DNA of 32,000 nucleotides from Prevotella phage Lak-C1, in the sequence record MK250029.1. The stretch is one strand, 5' to 3'. Below the pieces are notes generated by a model. The model saw only the letters and a list, made by a program, of their open reading frames with translations, was not told the DNA's origin and did not search any database. Positions 9,249 through 18,177 of this stretch are shown here, one piece after another. The position numbers and the translations under genes were made by a program. The first letter of the stretch is position 1. Each line of letters opens with the position of its first letter.

Positions 9249-9872
9249 AGCAAGCGCGGATGCAGTCACAGAATGTTTACAACCGAGGTCATTTACAAGA
9301 ACAATCTTATCACCGTTCTTTGTATCAATATTAGAAGAAAGAACTGCTGCAGTAGGTTCATTAATAATACGAAGTACATTCAAACCTGCCAACTGTCCAG
9401 CTACCTTAGTAGCATTACGCTGAATATCATTAAACCAAGCAGGAACAGTAATTACAGCATCTTTACAATCATCTGTTCCATAATATCCCTTTGCAACTTC
9501 ATACATATTCTTAAGAATCATAGATGAAATTTGCTCAGGTGAATATGTTTTATCGTCAATCTTTAGACGAGGATTTCCATTTTCATCGACAACATCATAT
9601 GTTACCATCTTCAACATTTTCTGTACATCTGGATCATCCCATTTTGCACCCATAAAACGTTTTACAAATGAAATGGTATTCTTTGGATTCATTACCATAC
9701 CACGCTTTGCAGCTGCACCAATTTTTGTTTCATCACCTTTAATGTACACTACTGATGGCGTTGTCTTATAACCATCTGCATTTTCAATTACCTTAGCTTT
9801 GTTTGCCTCGATGATGGCTACCGCACTGTTTCCAGTACCGAGGTCCAATCCAATAACTTTCTTGTTGCTCAT
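9249..9872 (-). CDS. dnaK: DnaK (Hsp70) exon 1, ATPase domain N-terminal half
   Basis: [44 protein letters not shown]...[39 protein letters not shown]...[13 protein letters not shown], a typical Hsp70 N terminus that stops (TAA) just inside the intron. Confidence 0.93.
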
Positions 9873-9926
9873 AATTTTATTATGTATTTAATTTTTGTTG
9901 CTCAATAACTTCATATATTAAACATA

Positions 9927-9934
9927 CAAAGTTA
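9927..9934 (-). promoter_or_regulatory. Possible Bacteroidetes-type -7 element (TAACTTTG) upstream of dnaK
   Basis: TAnnTTTG match 55-60 nt upstream of the dnaK start. Confidence 0.35.
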
Positions 9935-9990
9935 TTGTATAAATTTATTATTTAATTATTTTTATATTCTATCTATTTATATAGAAAAAA

Positions 9991-10998
9991 TTATAAATTG
10001 TCTATTTTTCTAATAATTTTTTCTAATTTTATTTTCATATCATTTATATTAATAGGAAATATTTCATAATAATTTAATTTATTATTAATAGCAATATTTC
10101 TTTTATTAACATCTCTATATCTCCAATTATATGCTGCATTTTTATAATAGTCTGATTTATTCATCCATTTATTAAATAAATTTATATCATCTAAATCGTT
10201 TTCATTAAATGGATGTTTTCCATGTGTCCAACTTGCATTAATTTCTATATATGTATTTTTATCTTCAATATAAAAATCACAATTAAATGGATATTCTTCA
10301 GATTTATATTGTCTTATTACTTTATTATAATGTTCAATTAATATATTATATGCAATATCTTCATATTTAGATGTATTAAATGTATTATTACGTTCTTTTG
10401 TTTTATTTGATTTATTTTTAGTATCATCTAATTGAAATACATTGTTTATATTAGAACCATATTTATTATGTAATGTTTTTAAGACTTTATCTTTATTTAA
10501 AAATGCATATTCATAACCTGTTTTAGTTTTAATTGTATTACGAATTTTATCTCTTATTTCTTTTCGTTGTAAATTATAATTAACATTATAATTTTTTTGA
10601 TTAGATAATTTACAATTAGATATTGATTTTTCTTTAATTGAGTCATTTTTCATAGGATTATCAACTCCATACTTTTTTAAACAAGTATTCTTTTGTTTTT
10701 CCAAGATAAATTGTTTTCCTTTATCGGAATATTTACAATTATTTGAACAAAATGTTTTATATCCTAATGAAAATCTTTCTAACTTTATTTCTTTATGACA
10801 TATAGGACATAAAGGTCTATTGCTTAAATGATAAAGAATCATATAGAGACATTCTGATAACTTTATATTTTCGATATGTTTAAATTTATCTTTTATATAA
10901 AGTTGATCTTCTGTATCTATATGATTCCAATATTGACAATTATTTTTAATAGAATTATTTTCTATATATTTTGATATTATCTAATTATCTTTATTCAT
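9991..10998 (-). CDS. Putative free-standing homing endonuclease, 335 aa
   Basis: Track ORF 9991..10842 extends through an in-frame TAG to ATG at 10998 (MNKDNQIISKYIENN...LYMILYHLSNRPLCPICHKEIK). CPxCH Zn-binding-like segment, NTCLKKYGVDNPMKN motif, C-terminal IRQYKSEEYPFNCDFYIEDKNTYIEIN nuclease-like core shared with 18178..19416. Confidence 0.7.
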
Positions 10999-11864
10999 TT
11001 CAATAATTTAGGTTTATTCCTTGCATTTCTTAAATTCATATCCATATAGCCTCCCATTGCCCAACGTCCTCTTGGTTCCATTTCTTCTAAAACTTCCATA
11101 CGTCTTACACATATCGATTTCCAAAAATCTGTTGCTTCTTGTACTCTACTACTCTTTCTATCTTTAAATGACGTTCCTTCATAATCGGTCCAATATCTTT
11201 GTGGAACATCAGTATTTTCGATACCTTCTTTTCTATTATTCACTTTTAATGCATTATTAGGAATAAATGAAAAAGCTTTATTACCGATACGTGACATAAA
11301 ATTAGAAGCAGAACCTGGTTTCAATTTACTTTCATCACCTTTTTTATGATAACCAGGATATGTAGCATCATTTGTTCCTATAAGATAACCATATGTTTTA
11401 TCTTTTGGTTTATAATAAATTGAATCTTGATTAAAATATTCAGCTAAAGATAAAAGATTATTTAAGAAATTAGGATCATTAAATCTATTTACAACAAAAA
11501 AACTTTCCTCCGATGACTCATTATTCATTCCTTCTGGATATATTCCTTTTACGGTAGTTACACCATACTTTAAGTTTAATAATTCTGCTTTTAATAATTT
11601 ATTTTTTTCTCGATTTTCTTCATGAGTAAATATTTTTTTGTTCACCCAATTATCATTTGGACCATAATAAGTTTTATCTGGATTTGCAATGTCAATTAAC
11701 TTATATCTAAATGCAGTAATAAATGCACAATCACATTTATTTAACCATAACATCATACGGTTAAGTGATTTTTCATTTAACTCATTATTATATATTGCTA
11801 TATTATTGAAATTATCAACTTCTTCTAATAATTTCTTTTTTATTGCATCATCAAAGTTATTCAT
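10995..11864 (-). CDS. Unknown protein, 289 aa (weak resemblance to small phage DUF3293-type proteins)
   Basis: Intact ORF, TGA stop in ATGA overlap with the next gene. CAFITAFR...NKLLKAELLNLKYGVTTVKGIYPEG...EESFFVVNR pattern. Confidence 0.6.
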   Translation of the reverse strand: MNNFDDAIKKKLLEEVDNFNNIAIYNNELNEKSLNRMMLWLNKCDCAFITAFRYKLIDIANPDKTYYGPNDNWVNKKIFTHEENREKNKLLKAELLNLKYGVTTVKGIYPEGMNNESSEESFFVVNRFNDPNFLNNLLSLAEYFNQDSIYYKPKDKTYGYLIGTNDATYPGYHKKGDESKLKPGSASNFMSRIGNKAFSFIPNNALKVNNRKEGIENTDVPQRYWTDYEGTSFKDRKSSRVQEATDFWKSICVRRMEVLEEMEPRGRWAMGGYMDMNLRNARNKPKLLK

Positions 11865-11877
11865 AATAAAATATTTT

Positions 11878-12372
11878 TTAATTATTTATATCCTCCCTAA
11901 TAGAATGAAGTGTACTCAATATTTTTTGCTGTTTTCTTGTAAGTGCTTTCTTATTTCGTTTGAAAAAAGTAATATAAAGAATATAACATCCTGGATCTCC
12001 ATTTGGAAAATGAGTATCATTTCTATTTCCATTATACATAGAATATGTTGTTAAAATATCATAATCAACAAAATCAGTTGGATTAAGATATGCACCCGGT
12101 ACTTTATACCAATAATTAAACATTTTTCTAATAACAGATTTTTTCACACGTCCAATACGTAATTGCATATACAAGTCTGTATGAAAATGCATGAGATGCG
12201 CTTGTACATCTCTCTTATCATATTCATCTGGAATTCTATGTTCACGTTTTTGAATAGATTTTAATCTATTCTTTTTATACCAATTAATGTAAGGTATACA
12301 TTTACTTTCCCAAAACTTATATTTATCAGACCATGCATTTCTTGCATGAACAACGCCACTTCTATATTTCAT
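11878..12372 (-). CDS. Hypothetical protein, 164 aa
   Basis: Intact ORF in tight - strand array. Confidence 0.65.
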   Translation of the reverse strand: MKYRSGVVHARNAWSDKYKFWESKCIPYINWYKKNRLKSIQKREHRIPDEYDKRDVQAHLMHFHTDLYMQLRIGRVKKSVIRKMFNYWYKVPGAYLNPTDFVDYDILTTYSMYNGNRNDTHFPNGDPGCYILYITFFKRNKKALTRKQQKILSTLHSIREDINN

Positions 12373-12374
12373 AA

Positions 12375-12926
12375 TTAAATATACTTTTTATCTGTTTCAC
12401 AAAAAATAGGTTTACAATCTTTAATGCCAACCCATTGAACAAATTCGCCGAAAAGATTATATGCCTTTACTCTTGAACATGGTTTATTCAATAAAAGTAT
12501 ATAATATATCTTTCCTTTATGTTTAATCATTTTTAATTCTGAACTATTATCTTCTGATGAAATAGTAAGAGACATTTCATCTTGAAGATTTCTCATAATA
12601 TTTTTACTATCATGAATAATAGCTTTATGATTTGGTAACATACTTATTAATGCTGTATATTCATCAATCGATTTATCTTCATTGATTTTAGTTGCAACAT
12701 ATTCTTTGCCATTATGTTTCCACTTTTCTGTTTTATTTGCAAATTGAGTATTTACAATCATACATGCATTTTTATAAGATATGTACTTATAACCATTTAT
12801 ATCTTTCTCCATAACACGACGATCTTCACCATCATTCCATGGAGAAAGTTTAAGATAATGAGATGGCATAACCTTATATACAACCTCATTACTATCCTGT
12901 ATATAATTTCGTTCTTGATCGTCCAT
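12375..12926 (-). CDS. Hypothetical protein, 183 aa
   Basis: Intact ORF. Confidence 0.65.
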   Translation of the reverse strand: MDDQERNYIQDSNEVVYKVMPSHYLKLSPWNDGEDRRVMEKDINGYKYISYKNACMIVNTQFANKTEKWKHNGKEYVATKINEDKSIDEYTALISMLPNHKAIIHDSKNIMRNLQDEMSLTISSEDNSSELKMIKHKGKIYYILLLNKPCSRVKAYNLFGEFVQWVGIKDCKPIFCETDKKYI

Positions 12927-12979
12927 ATATTAATAATTTTATTTTCTACAACTATTTATATATAGAAAAATCAAAAAGT

Positions 12980-13399
12980 TTACTTCAACATATCTAAATA
13001 AAACTGTTTTTCTTCATCACTTGGACATTCCAAAATATGAAGTTCAAACACAGGAGTTATTTTAATCAATTTCTGACTATATGTTTGCCAATGACTATAT
13101 GATATATTGTTAAACTGTTTAAATGAACCTATGAAATCTTTTATACAAATATTTTCATTAATTAAATCTGCAATAACATGAAATTCATCTTGTCCATTTA
13201 ACAAATGAATATTACCAATATTATCTTTATATGCATTAATTTGAAATGTATCTCTGCACATAATTCGCAAAAACATTTTATTAATAAGTTTTTGCTTATC
13301 TATATTTTCATTAATGGACTCTTCAAACTGTAAGACTTCTGAAGCTTTTAAGTTTTTAAGTTCATTATATGAAACTGTTTTTATATCAATATAAACCAT
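12980..13399 (-). CDS. Hypothetical protein, 139 aa (possible ParB/Srx-like N terminus)
   Basis: IKTVSYNELKNLKASEVLQFEESINENIDKQKLINKMF...GNIHLLNGQDEFHVIADLINENI. Weak ParB-like layout only. Confidence 0.6.
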   Translation of the reverse strand: MVYIDIKTVSYNELKNLKASEVLQFEESINENIDKQKLINKMFLRIMCRDTFQINAYKDNIGNIHLLNGQDEFHVIADLINENICIKDFIGSFKQFNNISYSHWQTYSQKLIKITPVFELHILECPSDEEKQFYLDMLK

Positions 13400-13404
13400 A
13401 ATTC

Positions 13405-13620
13405 TTAAAATATTTTAAAATCTTTATTTTCATATAAATTTGAAATAGGTTTAAACAATCTCAATACAATTAAACCTACTGCAACAACAAGAATTCCCCA
13501 TAGTGAACCACTTGCAACCATAACAAAACCTTGATAAATTGCATAAAATGGTAAACAAATGATACCTAATACTGTCAAAAATAAAATAAATGTAAAGATA
13601 TACTTAAATAATGTTGTCAT
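13405..13620 (-). CDS. Small membrane protein, 71 aa
   Basis: Two hydrophobic segments: YIFTFILFLTVLGIICLPFYAIY and GILVVAVGLIVLRLF. Confidence 0.6.
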   Translation of the reverse strand: MTTLFKYIFTFILFLTVLGIICLPFYAIYQGFVMVASGSLWGILVVAVGLIVLRLFKPISNLYENKDFKIF

Positions 13621-13660
13621 AATTTTATATTTTTTAATTGTTTATACTTTATTTATATTA

Positions 13661-13692
13661 CAAAGATACATATTTTATTTCAAATAAAAAAA
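13661..13692 (-). promoter_or_regulatory. Promoter: T7 tract - 17 nt - TATCTTTG
   Basis: - strand TTTTTTTATTTGAAATAAAATATGTATCTTTGT, Bacteroidetes -7 consensus TAnnTTTG; upstream of the 71-aa gene. Confidence 0.65.
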
Positions 13693-13721
13693 TCAGTTAC
13701 CTAAAAAATAGATAACTGATT
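13691..13721 (-). terminator. Intrinsic terminator after the 461-aa gene
   Basis: - strand AATCAGTTA - 13-nt loop - TAACTGATT followed by TTTTTT; the T-tract overlaps the adjacent promoter's T7 element. Confidence 0.8.
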
Positions 13722-13727
13722 TAATAT

Positions 13728-15113
13728 TTAATAATACTTATCTCTTGAAATTTCATATGTATTTTTACTTTCATTAAAATCACATACAGAGTTATTATCT
13801 ACGTCAAATATAACCTGACGTGTTAATTCAGTAACAACATATGGAGCATCAGAAGGCCAACGATATTTAAGATGTTTTGATGTCTTTGTATATGTACATA
13901 TAAGTTTCCTATTATTTAAATTAATATTAATTTTATCAACATCTTTCTGATCGCAAAAATAATGTGATTGATTATGTTTACCAATAATATATAATTTTTG
14001 ATTTTTATTATATTCTGAACATTCTCTAATGATAGTTCTATATGCATAAGTTGCATCTGCCATCTTAGTTTTTGTTAAATCTATAATCTTATTATAATAG
14101 TTTTTATTGATATATTCAAGAATATCATAATCAAGATAACCTGTCCATGGAGTTATCGCTATATTATCAATCATCTTATCGATTTCATCATTTGTAAAAA
14201 TTTCAGAAATTAATAAATCAACATATTCGCCATCGGATTCATAAGTTTTACTGAGTTTCACAATTTCTTCATTAAGATCTGCTTTCTTAACAGATTTAAT
14301 ATATGATTTATAACATGAATATGCAACATCTTTTAAATCATTATTAATATCAATATGAATTATAGGCACATTTATCTGCTTTAAAACAGTTTTTAATTCT
14401 TCTTTATATATTTTATAAAACTCTTCTTTATATGAAGATGTAAGTTCTCTCATATAATCATATATTGATTTATCTCCAATAATATCAGATAATAATAATT
14501 TTAATGTACCATCTTTATCAATCCGTTTACTCTCACTTTTAGGATATATCTCTAATTTTCCATAAGTTGTAATAAAATGTTCTTTTTTATATTTCTTTAA
14601 AATAAAACCATTAAATGAAAAATAATAAGCATTTTCTTTACAATCACAATAAGGTATCCAATAACGTTGTTCTAATGTTATATGTATAGTAAACAACTTT
14701 TTTCTTGATTTATCACATTGCTCTTTAAACTTAAACATTGCTCTAGAATATGCAAGTCTTTCATATCCTAAAAGTGATTTATAATTATAAGTACCCTTAC
14801 AAGAATCATCTAACCCTTCAAATTCATTGTATAAATTAAATGTATCTGCATGTAGTGGTAAACCTGTTATCTTAATATTAAAGAAATTATATTCATTTTC
14901 TTTATATGAAGTATTTGTAAGTTTTGAGTATGTCAAAAGTTTACTTAAGAAAAACGATTTATAAAAATTTTGACATTCATTTATAAGAGCTTGTGCTTTA
15001 TAATATTCTTCAACAAAATGACTTAAGTCTGAATAATTATTATAATCTGTCTTATGAAGTTCTACTAATGACTTTTCTTTATCATTAATATCAAATTTAT
15101 CTATATTATTCAT
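13728..15113 (-). CDS. Hypothetical protein, 461 aa
   Basis: Long intact ORF without in-frame TAG. Confidence 0.75.
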   Translation of the reverse strand: MNNIDKFDINDKEKSLVELHKTDYNNYSDLSHFVEEYYKAQALINECQNFYKSFFLSKLLTYSKLTNTSYKENEYNFFNIKITGLPLHADTFNLYNEFEGLDDSCKGTYNYKSLLGYERLAYSRAMFKFKEQCDKSRKKLFTIHITLEQRYWIPYCDCKENAYYFSFNGFILKKYKKEHFITTYGKLEIYPKSESKRIDKDGTLKLLLSDIIGDKSIYDYMRELTSSYKEEFYKIYKEELKTVLKQINVPIIHIDINNDLKDVAYSCYKSYIKSVKKADLNEEIVKLSKTYESDGEYVDLLISEIFTNDEIDKMIDNIAITPWTGYLDYDILEYINKNYYNKIIDLTKTKMADATYAYRTIIRECSEYNKNQKLYIIGKHNQSHYFCDQKDVDKININLNNRKLICTYTKTSKHLKYRWPSDAPYVVTELTRQVIFDVDNNSVCDFNESKNTYEISRDKYY

Positions 15114-15125
15114 TAAATTATTATT

Positions 15126-15593
15126 TTATAGTTCATACATCATATACTTATTATTGTAATAATATTCTTCATGATAATACATTCCATTACTAAATTCCCA
15201 AATTTGTTCTTTTGCTAAATTATTATCTGAAACAATATCATTCCAAACTTCAACACACATATCGCATGTACTTTCTAACTTACAACTTGGATTACATTTT
15301 AAAAATTCTTCTGGTGAAGACTGTACAAAATTAGTTAAAACAAAATCACCTTTACCAATATTTAATTCACTAAAATATCCAATTCCATTATATCTTATTG
15401 TGAATCCCCATTCACCAGATACTTTATAATAAAAAGCTTCATGATTATTTGGATTTACATATTTAAGAATATAAATATCATCAAAATTTCTATCCATACA
15501 TATTTTCTTTAAATATATAGGAAACCAAGGTAATATAATGTCAAAATGACTACTATATTTGGTTTTAATATCTGCTGTTTTTATTAATCCCAT
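15126..15593 (-). CDS. Hypothetical protein, 155 aa
   Basis: Intact ORF. Confidence 0.65.
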   Translation of the reverse strand: MGLIKTADIKTKYSSHFDIILPWFPIYLKKICMDRNFDDIYILKYVNPNNHEAFYYKVSGEWGFTIRYNGIGYFSELNIGKGDFVLTNFVQSSPEEFLKCNPSCKLESTCDMCVEVWNDIVSDNNLAKEQIWEFSNGMYYHEEYYYNNKYMMYEL

Positions 15594-15595
15594 AA

Positions 15596-16093
15596 TTAAA
15601 TATCATAATTCATAAATTTATTTGTCTTTTTAGTATTATTTGCTTTAGTATCTATTATTGCTTTACCGAATTTATTACAATATGAAAATTCTAATGGTTC
15701 AAATATATTATATGTGTTATCAAAAGGTTTCCAAATAGAATTAAATTTATTACTATATCTAGAATTAAATTTAGTACTATATGTAGAAAAATATCTAACA
15801 GCAATAATATCACTTAATAATGTATTATCTCTCAAATAATTAAATATTTCTTCTTTTATTTTTTTATATGTATTAGTATCTTCATCACAAATAGTATATG
15901 TTAATATATTACGAATGAACCCTGTATTTCTTACAAATTCATGTACAAGATATTCTGCAAATTGCTCTGCATATTCATCTTCATTTGTATAACGAAATAT
16001 AAATATTTTTATTGTATCATCATCATTATTCCAATAATAAAAAACTTTATATATAGTTGATATATTATTAATCAAATTCTCATTAAATATCAT
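15596..16093 (-). CDS. Hypothetical protein, 165 aa
   Basis: Intact ORF. Confidence 0.65.
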   Translation of the reverse strand: MIFNENLINNISTIYKVFYYWNNDDDTIKIFIFRYTNEDEYAEQFAEYLVHEFVRNTGFIRNILTYTICDEDTNTYKKIKEEIFNYLRDNTLLSDIIAVRYFSTYSTKFNSRYSNKFNSIWKPFDNTYNIFEPLEFSYCNKFGKAIIDTKANNTKKTNKFMNYDI

Positions 16094-16096
16094 ATA

Positions 16097-16495
16097 TTAA
16101 ATTTCATATTTTGTATATGTTTTATCTACATTTGAATAAACAGATTTCGCAGATAAATTCATGACTTCCAAAATATTATTATATTCAGCTTCAGTTATAA
16201 AAAATTTATTTCCTGATTTCAAAATAACAGTATAATTTAATTCTTCATCTTCACCATATTTCCTCATATCATTATTCATTTCAAGCGGTACTGCTAATGA
16301 AGATGATATAATATTTTGACAACTGCCTTTTAAACGTTTATCAAGACAAAGTCTTTTTACTGCATCACCTATATTTTCGCCACATGCTTCTGCTGTGTCG
16401 TATTCCAATAATTCATAAGGCCAAACAGGACCAAACATTTCAATCTGTGAGATATTAAGTACAATACCATTATCTAATTTAATAAAACTATTCAT
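16097..16495 (-). CDS. Hypothetical protein, 132 aa
   Basis: Intact ORF. Confidence 0.65.
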   Translation of the reverse strand: MNSFIKLDNGIVLNISQIEMFGPVWPYELLEYDTAEACGENIGDAVKRLCLDKRLKGSCQNIISSSLAVPLEMNNDMRKYGEDEELNYTVILKSGNKFFITEAEYNNILEVMNLSAKSVYSNVDKTYTKYEI

Positions 16496-16510
16496 CTGCT
16501 TATCATAAAA

Positions 16511-16828
16511 TTAATCACGTTGTCCATGATATACTTCAGTACTAGGTGGTTTTGGTAAATCATATATAAGATAATTATTATATCTTTGAAATGCCTCACA
16601 GAAAGCTTTCATAACCATCATATTTTTATAATAATCATGATATTCTTCTGAATTAATATCCGGTCTAGGAAATTCAGAATTCATTTTATCACTAATAAAC
16701 TCATAACATTTATCAGTCAATTTATCACAATCATATTTAGGAATATCATATCCACTAAAGAATATATTCCTTTCTACTTTATCTTTGTTTTCTTCAATAA
16801 AAGTTTTTAAAAAATCATCATATGTCAT
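16511..16828 (-). CDS. Hypothetical protein, 105 aa
   Basis: Intact ORF. Confidence 0.65.
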   Translation of the reverse strand: MTYDDFLKTFIEENKDKVERNIFFSGYDIPKYDCDKLTDKCYEFISDKMNSEFPRPDINSEEYHDYYKNMMVMKAFCEAFQRYNNYLIYDLPKPPSTEVYHGQRD

Positions 16829-16902
16829 AATAACTAAAAATAAAAAGGTTACCTACCTTAACGTAGGTAAGTAACCTTTAGTAATATTAATAAATTAACT
16901 TA

Positions 16903-17376
16903 TTAATTCCCTTCTGTCATATCAACAGGCTCATCAACTGTATCATCCAAATCAATGTCAAGATCATCAATCTCAGACATCTCAAGGGCGAAACGGTCAT
17001 CATCATTAAAGTTCTTCAAGAACTTATCCATTACAAGCTTATACTTCGCAAGATCCTTCTTATCATGAATCTCTTCAACTCGAAGCTTAAAATCATTATC
17101 CCATGTATCAATGGTAAATCCCAAAAACTTACGAGCTGAACAATTCTTCAAATCATCTGGACGAACACCATACTGCTCAATTCTTGCTGTAATATTTGCA
17201 TCACCATCATGTACGGATGCACCTGCACGAACAACATCGTCAATATTCATATTCTGTACCAAACCAAAAGGCTCACATGCTCGATTAGTCTTATACTCAT
17301 ACTTCTTACCCTCAAGCTGCTTTACCTTCTTTGCTGCAATCTTATACTTAGCAACAATCTCTTTACGTGTAATCAT
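16903..17376 (-). CDS. Hypothetical protein with acidic tail, 157 aa
   Basis: Intact ORF. More C/G-ending codons than its neighbours. Confidence 0.65.
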   Translation of the reverse strand: MITRKEIVAKYKIAAKKVKQLEGKKYEYKTNRACEPFGLVQNMNIDDVVRAGASVHDGDANITARIEQYGVRPDDLKNCSARKFLGFTIDTWDNDFKLRVEEIHDKKDLAKYKLVMDKFLKNFNDDDRFALEMSEIDDLDIDLDDTVDEPVDMTEGN

Positions 17377-17458
17377 AATTTATTATTAATTTAAATTAAA
17401 CTTAATTTGTTATTCTTATTTGTATATAATTAAAAATTAATATTGTCTATATTTTATA

Positions 17459-18091
17459 TTAAAAATCTTTTTTAAAAGTATCTACTTTTTTATGTTCACT
17501 ATTAATATAATTTAATTCAGATATATATGAATCATAAAGAATTTCGCCAAACTTATCTTTCTTAAATTCTTTTTCATAATTATCATCAGTAAATTCAATT
17601 TTTACTTTCTTTACACCCTTTCTAAATTTATTAATTATTTCAGGAGTAACATGCCAATAATTAATATTACGAGAAACATCTATAGAATTTGAATTATATG
17701 TAGATGTAATCCTATTCTTCCATACTGTTGATGTTATAGTAGGTTTAGCATATTGTATTGTAGTTTCTGTATATTCTGATGTAACTGAATGCAATTCTAT
17801 AACTTCGTCATCCATTAATTTTACAAGCATTCTTGCATTATTAAATACACCTAATGGATATGAGGAATTCACATTTGTTATAACACAAAAACTTGTATCA
17901 TTTGGTGAAATCCATGTTTGCAAACCAATATTTAAAATTTTACTATCAGTAAATTTACGTACACATGTGCCTAATGCTTCTATTGTTCTCACAGAATCTA
18001 CCTGTTTATCAACAACAATTTTACGTGTTTGAGCATTTACATTCGTAATAGTTGCAATCAACATTACAAAAATTAACAAATACTTTTTCAT
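17459..18091 (-). CDS. Putative secreted/periplasmic protein with signal peptide, 210 aa
   Basis: N terminus MKKYLLIFVMLIATITNVNAQ is a signal-peptide-like sequence. Confidence 0.7.
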   Translation of the reverse strand: MKKYLLIFVMLIATITNVNAQTRKIVVDKQVDSVRTIEALGTCVRKFTDSKILNIGLQTWISPNDTSFCVITNVNSSYPLGVFNNARMLVKLMDDEVIELHSVTSEYTETTIQYAKPTITSTVWKNRITSTYNSNSIDVSRNINYWHVTPEIINKFRKGVKKVKIEFTDDNYEKEFKKDKFGEILYDSYISELNYINSEHKKVDTFKKDF

Positions 18092-18131
18092 ATCTTTATA
18101 TTTTTAATTGTTTATTATTTTATTAACAATA

Positions 18132-18163
18132 CAAAGATACACATTATTCTTTAAATAAAAAAA
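18132..18163 (-). promoter_or_regulatory. Promoter: T7 tract - 17 nt - TATCTTTG
   Basis: - strand TTTTTTTATTTAAAGAATAATGTGTATCTTTGT upstream of the 210-aa secreted protein gene. Confidence 0.65.
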
Positions 18164-18177
18164 TAATAGTCAAATAA

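Noticed and set aside
9273-9527. + strand 84-aa ORF antisense to dnaK exon 1
   Set aside because: Antisense shadow with no recognisable motif.
6400-9872. dnaK as a frameshifted pseudogene or as an intein-containing gene
   Set aside because: Exon 1 hits a TAA a few codons into the insert and the intron ORF has its own start and TGA stop, so there is no continuous intein frame. Group I core motifs and P1/P10 complementarity favour an RNA intron.
12980-13399. ParB/sulfiredoxin-like nuclease call for the 139-aa protein
   Set aside because: Only a loose similarity (LNGQDEFHVIADLI); catalytic motifs not convincing, so left as hypothetical.
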